A stretch of DNA of 43,501 bases from a virus (taxonomy: Duplodnaviria > Heunggongvirae > Uroviricota > Caudoviricetes), in the IMG/VR virus record IMGVR_UViG_2547132420_000011, one strand, 5' to 3'. Below the pieces are notes generated by a model. The model was not told the origin of the DNA. It saw only the letters and a list, made by a program, of their open reading frames with translations, and did no database searches. Positions 1-7,951 of this stretch are shown here, piece after piece; within the stretch, counting starts at the first letter, position 1, and each line of letters begins with the position of its first letter. The position numbers were made by a program, and so were the translations under genes.

Positions 1-468
1 ATGCCAGATCAAAAAGAAAGTGAGAACACCAAACTCACTTGTGAAGAACAAAAGGATAATGAACTGGTTTCTCGAGTAATCGAAAATCCAGAGGTCTTAA
101 ACAGGGTTTTGGATAGTCCGCAGGTGCGGGCTATTGTTTGCCAGCATTTTCAGGGGCCTGTTCCGCCACCTTCAATGCTTAAAAAGTATGATCAACTGGT
201 GCCTGGGCTTGCAAATCGACTTGTTGAGTTGACCGAAAAAGAGCAGGCTCATCGCCATAAAACAGTGGCTGATAGCATTGATATTGCCAGAGATGGTCAA
301 ACAAAGGCTTTTTGGTTGGCAATATTGATCATCTTAGCTGCCACTGTCTTTGGCGTCATGGGGGAGACAGTTCTTGCCGGAACTCTCGTTTCAATAGATC
401 TTGTTGCATTGGTTACGGCATTTATTGTTGGAAAACATTATTCTAAGCAGGAACCTGATCAAGATTAG
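1..468 (+). CDS. Small membrane protein, DUF2335-like (assignment from memory)
   Basis: ATG at 1, stop TAG 466-468, 155 aa; hydrophilic N-terminal half then hydrophobic segment WLAILIILAATVFGVMGETVLAGTLVSIDLVALVTAFIVG; followed by an intrinsic terminator. Confidence 0.55.
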   Translation: MPDQKESENTKLTCEEQKDNELVSRVIENPEVLNRVLDSPQVRAIVCQHFQGPVPPPSMLKKYDQLVPGLANRLVELTEKEQAHRHKTVADSIDIARDGQTKAFWLAILIILAATVFGVMGETVLAGTLVSIDLVALVTAFIVGKHYSKQEPDQD

Positions 469-476
469 TCTCTGAA

Positions 477-499
477 CCCCGGTTGATGCCGGGGTTTTT
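477..499 (+). terminator. Rho-independent terminator
   Basis: Stem CCCCGG (477-482), loop TTGATG, stem CCGGGG (489-494), then T5 (495-499), 9 nt after the stop of the 1..468 ORF. Confidence 0.6.
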
Positions 500-544
500 A
501 CACTAGCAAAGCAATATCAACATTTTTCAGCTGTATTTATTTCG

Positions 545-1663
545 TCAAACAACCAATTTAACCCATTCCTGACCACGAGTATCGTTATAACGATCGGTGG
601 TTGCCTGGACTTTATGTCCCAGTAATGTTTTTGTATCAATACCCTGCGCGCGGTACAGTCGTTCTGACAGGGAGCGTTGTTCATGAAATGTTGGCGGAGT
701 TTTTCCTGCTGGTGGAGTTATCCCAGCCAGATCCCGTGCTTTGGCAAAGTAGTCGCTCAGGTTGTCTTTACTCATCGGCTTTGGTTGTTTCTGGTGCCGA
801 CTATGGATTAGATATGGACTTAATATTCTGTCTCGGCACCCATCAATAACTTCTTTTAACGTTATCCCAATGGCATCACAGCGTAGTGTAAGCGGTAACG
901 CCAGACGCATTCCGGTTTTCCCTTGGGTGATATGCAGGTGTTCGTTCCATACATCTGAAAAACGCATGTGGCAAATGTCATCTCGGCGCTGACCAGTAAC
1001 AATCGCAAGAAGCATTGCGTTACGGATAAAGTGTTTTTCAGGCGTTGCGTTGTAAATTTTTTGCCAGTCTTCCAGGGTGAGCCTGGCTCTGGTTACTTTA
1101 GGGATCGGTTTACGGGTAGCCTCCGGAGGATTCCATCCAGGAGGAACTTCCCCTGCATGCTGTGCTTCTTTATAAATATCAACCCATAATCCACGATTTA
1201 CTCTCGCTGTGCTGACCATGTCTTTATCCAGCCACTCATCCAGTATTAATGCAAAGTCTCTTACTTCCAGTTCTTTCAATGGGTGGTTTCCCAGACGGGA
1301 AACCAGGTATGCAGCCATTCGGGCTTTTTCTTTGTGAGTTGTAGTTGCAATATCCCCATTTTTCAGTCGCGTGTCCTGTATTTTCAGATATCGATCAACC
1401 CATGCCTTTAATCTGATACCCCGACGTTTTGTTGCTGACGGACTTTCATCAATTTTGCGCATGAAATATTCAGCTTCTGCTGCAGCTATTCGCTGATTGG
1501 CTGTGGAAGCGATTTTTTCTGCTTTGCCTTTGTCTGTTCCGAGACCGTGAAATTTTCCAGTCACAGGGTTTTTATACTGGTAGTAAACCCTGCCAGTTCT
1601 GCGATCAAACTTTTCGTAAAGACCGGTTACGTCAGTGCTGTTTTTTCGTGGCCTCGGTGACAT
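545..1663 (-). CDS. int: Tyrosine recombinase, phage lambda Int family integrase
   Basis: 372 aa; C-terminal catalytic region HEQRSLSERLY ... LLGHK ... TDRYNDTRGQEW closely parallels lambda Int (HELRSLSARLY ... LLGHK ... YRDDRGREW); its start overlaps the stop of the upstream excisionase-like ORF as in lambda xis-int. Confidence 0.92.
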   Translation of the reverse strand: MSPRPRKNSTDVTGLYEKFDRRTGRVYYQYKNPVTGKFHGLGTDKGKAEKIASTANQRIAAAEAEYFMRKIDESPSATKRRGIRLKAWVDRYLKIQDTRLKNGDIATTTHKEKARMAAYLVSRLGNHPLKELEVRDFALILDEWLDKDMVSTARVNRGLWVDIYKEAQHAGEVPPGWNPPEATRKPIPKVTRARLTLEDWQKIYNATPEKHFIRNAMLLAIVTGQRRDDICHMRFSDVWNEHLHITQGKTGMRLALPLTLRCDAIGITLKEVIDGCRDRILSPYLIHSRHQKQPKPMSKDNLSDYFAKARDLAGITPPAGKTPPTFHEQRSLSERLYRAQGIDTKTLLGHKVQATTDRYNDTRGQEWVKLVV

Positions 1664-1901
1664 GAGTTAAAATCTCCTTCAGTGCATCATCATCGCCAGT
1701 ATGAATTTCCGGCGCAATTCCCGTTTCACCAGGTCCAACAAATACTGCCCGGCGATCTATCAGCCAACGCCCACGAATTTTTTGTGGTCTTGGAACGATG
1801 TATCCTAGTTTTCCGTATTTCACCAGGGTAGTGTTTGTTATTGGGAGACTGAACCGTTTTGGTTTCCACTCATCGAGCGTTATCAGGTACTGTTCGCTCA
1901 T
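1632..1901 (-). CDS. Excisionase-like small DNA-binding protein (xis position)
   Basis: ORF 1632..1910; ATG at 1901 (MSEQYLITLDEW...) is preceded by GGAG; sits immediately upstream of and overlapping int; call is by position and size only. Confidence 0.5.
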   Translation of the reverse strand: MSEQYLITLDEWKPKRFSLPITNTTLVKYGKLGYIVPRPQKIRGRWLIDRRAVFVGPGETGIAPEIHTGDDDALKEILTHVTEATKKQH

Positions 1902-1962
1902 GGCTATCACTCCGGAACGCGCCAGTTGCAGAATACCAACGACAACTGGCGACGGTTGAACA

Positions 1963-4434
1963 TTAAAAATCAGCCTGATTCGGAATCAGTTTTTGCCAGA
2001 TAGCTGAAACGTATTTTGCCTGGTAACGGGCGTCATCAAGTGCATTATGGCGCTCACCTTCGAATGGAATAGCCGTTCTGGCATCGAAGTCTATGGCTTT
2101 CCCCAGCTCAACGATTGTGCGTACATCGCGATCGTTGTAGTAACGCCACGGGCAGGGGATCCCCTGCCGTTCGTATGAACGGCGCAAAATCGTGTTGTCG
2201 AAGTTGGCTCCATTTCCCCAAACCTGAACAAAAAATTCACCGGAGTTTTCGTCGATAAATTCCCGCAATTGTAACAGTGCATCATCTAACGGGATTTCAT
2301 CGGTCATAATGGCAGATTGCGCTTCGCGTGATTGCTTAAGCCACCATTTAATGGTGTCCCGATCAATGACTCCGCCAGCAGTTTCCAGATCGATAGTCTT
2401 ACTAAATTCCGGTCCCATATCTCCGGTTTGCGGATCGAAAAATATTGCACCTATTGAGATAATCGGGGCATCAGGATTTTTTCCCATGGTTTCAAGGTCG
2501 ATCATTAGATGGTCACACGTCCTACTGGCGGATGTGATTTCGTGATGACTGTTCACCTTAATTGAGTGATCTGCCGTCTCGCCAGTTTCATTATCGCTAT
2601 TGTGATGCTGATTGCCGCCAGTGTTCTTCTTGTTTGGATGTTCAGCGCCTTCCATTTCCTCCGGATCATCTTCCTGAACTTCAACCTGATACTCTTCATC
2701 GAATGTTTCCTGGTATGTTGCGTCGCCCATCACCGCGCCACAATCAGGGCAGTTGCCGCCGCCGGTCTGACCGCAGGCGGTGCAGATCTTTTCCGGTTCC
2801 TGTTGCACTACTGGTTCAGGTTGTTTCGTTTCTGGCTCGTTTTGTAACGCATTTGGGCTGTTTTGTTCCGCTTTCTGGCCGTTCTGTTCCGTTTCTTGCT
2901 GGTTCTGGTTCACAGTATCGCGGGTCTGGATCCCCTTAACCCATTTCGGATCATTCGGGTCGCTAATCCCTTCAATAAATTCACCACGTGATGCAGCAAG
3001 CAACTTATCGGCGTCAGGCTGGCTGATATTGGCTGCCTGCATAATTTTGTTTACTTCGTCAGCGGTAACTTTTACCGGTTCTGGCTGTGCGGTCGTGTCA
3101 GATGCACCAGTATTTTGTTGTGAACCTGAGTATGTACTGTTTTTGCGGGCGAAATATTCTTCTTTCGTGATTTCAGTAGCCCCGGCAGCCAGCGCCTTAT
3201 CCAGACCAGAAAGTTTGTTTGCGCGACCGTATTTTTCGCCATCCTTGTCGGTGAAGAGGAAGTAGAACGGCCCCTCACGCTCTACAGATGGTTCGACTTC
3301 CACTTTGCATTCGGTTTTTTCGTTGTCCGGAATTGCCGTTTCCACTGCATCAGTTTCTGGTACTGGCGACGAGAGAGTATCAGTTGCGCTCTGATTTGTT
3401 CCTTCATCTTCAAACACGCCCTTTGTAGTCAGGTATTCAGTAATGTATTTGTTCAGTGCCACAGGATCTTTGTGAATGTCGATCGGACGTTCACGGACAA
3501 GGCCAAAAATAGTCTGGCGGTCGTAGCGAAGGGCATCAGGCTGTTTGCGCATCGATGCCGAGATACGCTTCCAGTCTTCGCGGTCGTTGTCGATAACTTC
3601 ATTTTTTGCCCAGCGATGGATGCTGCCGTCAATGTTTCCGGCATCCACATCACCAGGCCAGAGAGCGTAGGCCAGTTCGTCATCCAGTGTTTTCCATGTC
3701 TGCTTGTATTCGCGATGAGTGGCAGCAATGACCGGGTTGATTTTTCCTGTTGAATTTTCAGTGTTCTGTTGATTGGCTCTGGCGCGGGCGAGATCAACAA
3801 CAGACGTGTATTTTCCGGTTTCCTTGCGCTCACCTTCGCGACGTTTTTTCCAGATGCGCATCTCTGCCTGAATTTCGGGCCATTTGGCACCAGGCTTACA
3901 TTTATGCTTAACCCACCCGATGGCATGCAGCTTAAGCTCCGGATACATGGCGTTAACTTCTGGCATTTTCATCAACGCTTCAACGATATGTCCGTCGAAT
4001 GCTGCCATGTCTTCCTGCAACAATTCCTGCGCGCTAATCACCATATCAACGGTGATGTTTTCACATGTGTCGAACTTAACCATGACAGCGTTCTGTACTT
4101 CAGGGGCCAGCTTGTCAAAAGTGACGTTCATCGGATCTGATTCAGTCTCAACCGGGACAAAGGAAGCTGACTCCTCATCCCAGCGGTTTTCCTGCATATA
4201 TTCAGCATCCCAGGAATCGAGGGCAGGGCGGGGTATACCGGGTTTATCCTCGCAAACAAGAAATTTATAAGCGCAGTCCTGAGCAGCCGGATAATGCTCC
4301 AGGAATTGCCAGGTAAATTTGGCACGGGCGCGGCGTTCGTCGCCAGCTTCAATGGCAGTGGCTACAGCGACTGCACCTTCTTCCTTTATTGCCTGTTCGT
4401 CCGGAATAGCGGCGCAAATAAAGACTTTACTCAT
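1963..4434 (-). CDS. RecE-like large exonuclease with C-terminal DEDDh (DnaQ-like) 3'-5' exonuclease domain
   Basis: 823 aa; C-terminal motifs HLMIDLETMG (Exo I), VWGNGANFDNTIL (Exo II), HNALDDARYQAKY (Exo III); central segment DADKLLAASRGEF..SDPNDPKWVKGIQTRD recalled as RecE-like; Cys4 motif CTACGQTGGGNCPDCG; low-complexity Q/E/P-rich linker. Confidence 0.75.
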   Translation of the reverse strand: MSKVFICAAIPDEQAIKEEGAVAVATAIEAGDERRARAKFTWQFLEHYPAAQDCAYKFLVCEDKPGIPRPALDSWDAEYMQENRWDEESASFVPVETESDPMNVTFDKLAPEVQNAVMVKFDTCENITVDMVISAQELLQEDMAAFDGHIVEALMKMPEVNAMYPELKLHAIGWVKHKCKPGAKWPEIQAEMRIWKKRREGERKETGKYTSVVDLARARANQQNTENSTGKINPVIAATHREYKQTWKTLDDELAYALWPGDVDAGNIDGSIHRWAKNEVIDNDREDWKRISASMRKQPDALRYDRQTIFGLVRERPIDIHKDPVALNKYITEYLTTKGVFEDEGTNQSATDTLSSPVPETDAVETAIPDNEKTECKVEVEPSVEREGPFYFLFTDKDGEKYGRANKLSGLDKALAAGATEITKEEYFARKNSTYSGSQQNTGASDTTAQPEPVKVTADEVNKIMQAANISQPDADKLLAASRGEFIEGISDPNDPKWVKGIQTRDTVNQNQQETEQNGQKAEQNSPNALQNEPETKQPEPVVQQEPEKICTACGQTGGGNCPDCGAVMGDATYQETFDEEYQVEVQEDDPEEMEGAEHPNKKNTGGNQHHNSDNETGETADHSIKVNSHHEITSASRTCDHLMIDLETMGKNPDAPIISIGAIFFDPQTGDMGPEFSKTIDLETAGGVIDRDTIKWWLKQSREAQSAIMTDEIPLDDALLQLREFIDENSGEFFVQVWGNGANFDNTILRRSYERQGIPCPWRYYNDRDVRTIVELGKAIDFDARTAIPFEGERHNALDDARYQAKYVSAIWQKLIPNQADF

Positions 4435-4514
4435 GTTGTTTTAACCTCATTACAGATTTAAGGGTGAACAAATCCCTGCCATTGCTGGCATATAAAAATG
4501 AAACCGGATATTAA

Positions 4515-4718
4515 TTACGGTGCTGTTTTAAGTCCTGCCGGGATTTCGTTATTATCCATGTGAATAACTTTATCGACCGGATAACAGTTACCGGGAATTT
4601 TCTGTTCCGCTGCGGCAGCCATGCATTCTTTCATTGAACCGTAAATGTCAATAACCATGTCAACAGGCTCACCAGTATTAAGAAAAACAGTCAGAGTGAG
4701 GGCAATAGTAGTATTCAT
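4515..4718 (-). CDS. Small prophage early protein, unknown function
   Basis: ORF 4515..4772; internal ATG at 4718 (MNTTIAL...) preceded by AGGA; ATGA start/stop overlap with the upstream gene. Confidence 0.45.
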   Translation of the reverse strand: MNTTIALTLTVFLNTGEPVDMVIDIYGSMKECMAAAAEQKIPGNCYPVDKVIHMDNNEIPAGLKTAP

Positions 4719-4903
4719 TGCCAGTATCCTTTTTGCATCGGGCGTAAACGTGCCAGCATTGAAAGAATGCATATTTTATTTAATAGCTCCCGTTCGTATT
4801 TTCTCTTATTAATGGCATCTTCAGTAAATACAGGGTTACTGATTCTGACACCAATTTCAAAACAACCTTCAGACGTATTGACGTTTGGTAATAACGTTTC
4901 CAT
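4715..4903 (-). CDS. Small prophage early protein, unknown function (kil-like position)
   Basis: ORF 4715..4999; ATG at 4903 (METLLPN...) preceded by GAGGA; first gene of the leftward operon; 62 aa. Confidence 0.4.
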   Translation of the reverse strand: METLLPNVNTSEGCFEIGVRISNPVFTEDAINKRKYERELLNKICILSMLARLRPMQKGYWQ

Positions 4904-4920
4904 TATCGCGTCCTCAACAA

Positions 4921-5082
4921 TGAATTTTGTGATGCGGTGCCTGGTGCCTCCAGGTGACGTTAACCAGTTAATAATTAACGCCGGATACAGAGAACCCACC
5001 CATAAGAACCAATACGGAAGTCAACTGGTCTTTTTAACTGTTCCGCGTGCGCTGAGCCGCATTCACCGCATCACAAAATTCA
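4921..5082. repeat. 19-bp perfect inverted repeat (TGAATTTTGTGATGCGGTG, 4921-4939 and 5064-5082) flanking a 124-bp spacer
   Basis: Read directly from the sequence; the arms are exact reverse complements; lies in the divergent intergenic region upstream of the leftward early operon. Confidence 0.7.
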
Positions 5083-5470
5083 CTTTAAAAGGGGCGGGTA
5101 TCATGGGAAAAACAAAACGGATACCCGCCAAAAGGTAATCAACATGGGTTGTTGCAGCGGGGTTGTCACTCAGGCGTATGGTCAACCTGACAACCCGGTG
5201 GACATTTGCGAGGAACGGAGAACCCCCGCCATACTTACCGCCGCGCCATTTCGCGGAGTGCCACAACCGGAAGCGCACGGTCGACGAAAATTTAACGACA
5301 GGCTATCTATGAACCAACAACTTCGCCGTGCGCTTTCGCGTTATGCCCTGACTTTTCAGGGAGATATCCTTTCAGTAAACTGTCAGTGCCGGATGCTCAC
5401 CCGTGTCCGGCGCACGCACTCCACCTCACCCGTGGAGAACTCCTTAATTACTAACCCTCAGGAGGATGAA

Positions 5471-5746
5471 ATGGGGTTTGATGTCAATGAAACTCTTAAC
5501 TCTCTTATACGGAAAATTAATGATTTTGATAAAACACTACAGCATGCTGCGGCGCGTAGTGATATAACATTGTTAGCAATTTCATACCTTGCATCTGCCA
5601 TGAATAAAGATGAAACGGTACGAAAGAATCTCGTTGATTATATCGACTCGCTTCAGCCGGGCACTTTCAACCCTGAGAGCTTCAATCATGAGAAAGAGCA
5701 TGTTAAATCTGTAATTAATTCTCTTGTTTTGAATCAAAAGAATTGA
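5471..5746 (+). CDS. Hypothetical protein, 91 aa (sieB-equivalent position)
   Basis: ATG at 5471 directly preceded by GGAGG (5461-5465); the long upstream in-frame ORF (5144-5470) has Cys/Arg-rich non-protein-like composition; convergent with and overlapping the 3' end of the 5715..6056 gene by 32 nt. Confidence 0.45.
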   Translation: MGFDVNETLNSLIRKINDFDKTLQHAAARSDITLLAISYLASAMNKDETVRKNLVDYIDSLQPGTFNPESFNHEKEHVKSVINSLVLNQKN

Positions 5747-6056
5747 TGCTTCTTGTTACGAAGCAATTTTCAAGGGGTTCTATCCGAATCCCTTTCTTTT
5801 CCATTAACAAGCCAAACCCCTTATTAATGATGTCCATTAATTCCAGGAAGTATTTTTTATGTAAATCCTGGTTATCAGAGAGTTGCTTCTCTTCGTACAG
5901 ACCGATAAAGGCACGACGCACGTTACCGGATATATTATCGATGGTTTCTTTTTCTACGGTACTCAGGTCAAGAGTCGCCAATTGAGAATGAACTATATTC
6001 GCTGCCATTTCCTGGAATGGCATTGGTAAATCTTTAAATTCCATCGTCAACCTCAT
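5715..6056 (-). CDS. Hypothetical protein, 113 aa, translationally coupled to upstream DUF1391-like gene
   Basis: ATG at 6056 overlaps the TGA stop of the upstream gene (ATGA); alternative ATG at 6044 with GAGG; balanced amino-acid composition. Confidence 0.5.
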   Translation of the reverse strand: MRLTMEFKDLPMPFQEMAANIVHSQLATLDLSTVEKETIDNISGNVRRAFIGLYEEKQLSDNQDLHKKYFLELMDIINKGFGLLMEKKGIRIEPLENCFVTRSINSFDSKQEN

Positions 6057-6208
6057 CAGTCAGTATTTCTGGCTAACCAGCGACGCGCGCCAGCTTCGGT
6101 TTTAAACGTTTTGCTTTTGGTATACGTCATCGCCGTGAACGTGCCGTCTTGGTTTGGAAACACGCCGTATACCAGAGACTCGTTGTTGCCAAGATCGATA
6201 GTATCCAT
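6056..6208 (-). CDS. Small prophage protein, DUF1391-like (YdaF/YdfA-like, from memory)
   Basis: ORF 6056..6286; ATG at 6208 (MDTIDLGNNESLVYGVFPNQDGTFTAMTYTKSKTFK...) preceded by GAGG; 50 aa; downstream of the repressor on the same strand. Confidence 0.5.
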   Translation of the reverse strand: MDTIDLGNNESLVYGVFPNQDGTFTAMTYTKSKTFKTEAGARRWLARNTD

Positions 6209-6497
6209 GTTGACCTCATTTCCCCTTAACGCCGGGGTAGCGGAACAAAAACCTGCTGCATAGTTAAAGTTGAACCCTGCCGTCATGTTCTTACGCCTCG
6301 GGCTGGCTACTTAACCCCTGACCACTGCCTGGTAACTCGAAGTATTGCCCTGCATTCTGTAGGATGGGGTGAGGGAATGAATGAAGTTTAGAAAAACGAA
6401 CTTTTCAGGTCAATGTTTTTTTATCAAAACATTTTAAGCAGGCAGCTGTTAAGCCATCACCACGATGGCATACAGTTAATCAAATAGATGAGGTTGG

Positions 6498-7136
6498 TTA
6501 AATATCTTGTTGAATTTTAAAGCATACGCCCAATATGCAAGATAGATCATCCAGCATAATTGAAGGGTAGCGAGGATTCGTGGGGACTAAAAGAATATCC
6601 GGCCCTTCTATCTCCAGTTTACGAATGACAGGTGTTGTGGTCCCTTTGGGTAAGGCAAGGACAATATTTCCTGGTTGTACGGTTCGATCGGGATCAACAA
6701 AAACTGTTGAACCATTTGGGATGGAAACTCCCCCACCAGATGTTGACATACTGTCACTCTCTAGAACAACTGCAAAGGTATTGACCGGGATTTCTCCGAC
6801 AAGCTGCACACAAGAGGTTATTGAGGAATTTTTCATATAATCACTCCAGCTTGCTGCCTGCTGAAGTGATAGTAGCGGAACCGTTTTTATCGGCGGTAAA
6901 GATAGATCAAGCGAATCACCTGTATTTAACTCTCCTCCATTAAGAAGCCAATTTTCGTTTACTTTCAATATTTTTGCCAGTGAACTTATGTAACGCGAGG
7001 ACGGCGCTCCTCCACCGTTCATCCATTGACTTACGGAGCCTTTTGATGCGCCAGTGCCATTGACAAGGTCTTTGCCTTTCAGGTTTAGCGCATGCATACG
7101 TTGGGTTATGCGTTCAGATATAGTTTGCTTGCTCAT
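6498..7136 (-). CDS. cI-like prophage repressor (HTH plus S24 LexA-type peptidase domain)
   Basis: 212 aa; N-terminal HTH region (LKGKDLVNGTGASKGSVSQWMNG), C-terminal S24-like region with Ser (ESDSM) and Lys; divergent from the cro-like gene across an operator region. Confidence 0.85.
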   Translation of the reverse strand: MSKQTISERITQRMHALNLKGKDLVNGTGASKGSVSQWMNGGGAPSSRYISSLAKILKVNENWLLNGGELNTGDSLDLSLPPIKTVPLLSLQQAASWSDYMKNSSITSCVQLVGEIPVNTFAVVLESDSMSTSGGGVSIPNGSTVFVDPDRTVQPGNIVLALPKGTTTPVIRKLEIEGPDILLVPTNPRYPSIMLDDLSCILGVCFKIQQDI

Positions 7137-7227
7137 GTTTTGATTTTAAAACACAGATGGTTTTGTTTCTTGACTTTCTTTGGTTTTGATTATTAAACTT
7201 TTGACGTTCAGTTTTATGGAGCGACTC
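7137..7227. promoter_or_regulatory. Divergent immunity promoter/operator region (OR/PR/PRM analogue)
   Basis: 91-bp AT-rich intergenic region between divergent repressor and cro-like genes; repeated TTGA(C/T)TTT and GGTTTTG motifs. Confidence 0.5.
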
Positions 7228-7458
7228 ATGAAAAAATCAGAAGTATTAGGCTATTTTGGCGGAGTTGTTAAAACAGCCGCAGCTCTTGGAACGTCAAAAA
7301 CCACAGTCAGCATGTGGGGGGAAGAGGTTCCGTGGAAATGGGCGTTGCTAATTCAGGCAGTCACTGCCGGGGCGCTCAAATATGAGTTACACATACCGAC
7401 GGTTGTCATTCCCGGTTCTGATCATAATCCGCCTTCTAACCAAGGGGGGGATTCATGA
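7228..7458 (+). CDS. Cro-like HTH regulator
   Basis: ATG at 7228 preceded by GGAG; 76 aa; HTH-like segment VVKTAAALGTSKTTVSMW; stop overlaps the next gene start (ATGA). Confidence 0.7.
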   Translation: MKKSEVLGYFGGVVKTAAALGTSKTTVSMWGEEVPWKWALLIQAVTAGALKYELHIPTVVIPGSDHNPPSNQGGDS

Positions 7459-7880
7459 AAATCAAGCATGAACACATCCGCATGGCGATGAATGCCTGGG
7501 CGCATCCGGACGGCGAAAAAGTACCGGCTGCGAAAATTACCAAAGCGTATTTCGAGCTGGGAATGACGTTCCCGGAACTGTATGACGACAGCCATCCGGA
7601 AGCCCTGGCTCGCAATACCCAGAAAATTTTCCGCTGGGTAGAGAAAGACACCCCTGATGCAGTTGAAAAAATTCAGGCGTTGTTACCAGCGATCGAAAAG
7701 GCAATGCCACCTTTGCTGGTGGCCAGAATGCGCAGCCACAGTTCAGCTTATTTTCGGGAGCTGGTGGAGACGCGGGAGCGACTGGTGAGAGACGCTGATG
7801 ATTTTGTCGCAGTGGCAATCGCCGGTTTCAATCAGATGAACCGTGGTGGCCCGGCAGGAAATGCTGTGGCAGTACATTGA
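7455..7880 (+). CDS. YdaT-like protein (CII-like regulator position)
   Basis: 141 aa, translationally coupled to cro-like gene; size and position match YdaT of Rac-type prophages (from memory). Confidence 0.55.
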   Translation: MKIKHEHIRMAMNAWAHPDGEKVPAAKITKAYFELGMTFPELYDDSHPEALARNTQKIFRWVEKDTPDAVEKIQALLPAIEKAMPPLLVARMRSHSSAYFRELVETRERLVRDADDFVAVAIAGFNQMNRGGPAGNAVAVH

Positions 7881-7951
7881 CTGACAATAGCCATATCGAA
7901 TCGCTTCCGGCAACTCGTGAGTAAAAAGATTCGGTATCAGAAGAGGTGAGT

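Noticed and set aside
469-545. tRNA gene or att core next to the integrase 3' end
   Set aside because: No T-arm consensus or cloverleaf-compatible sequence was seen by eye; the 45-bp spacer between terminator and int stop is too short to assess and would need tRNA-scanning software and comparison with an empty site
2091-4352. Multiple 60-160 aa ORFs on both strands inside the RecE-like gene (for example 2780..3265, 3453..3926, 3884..4270)
   Set aside because: Fully nested in or antisense to an 823-aa gene with clear catalytic motifs; no independent start signals
5144-5470. N-terminal 109 codons of the long 200-aa ORF 5144..5746
   Set aside because: Cys/Arg-rich non-protein-like composition and a strong GGAGG site immediately before the internal ATG at 5471; region is more likely a structured untranslated leader
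6287-6497. Small ORFs or a terminator in the 210-bp gap between the repressor and the DUF1391-like gene
   Set aside because: Only very short ORFs without ribosome-binding sites; the AT-rich hairpin at about 6415-6436 lacks a convincing T-run on either strand
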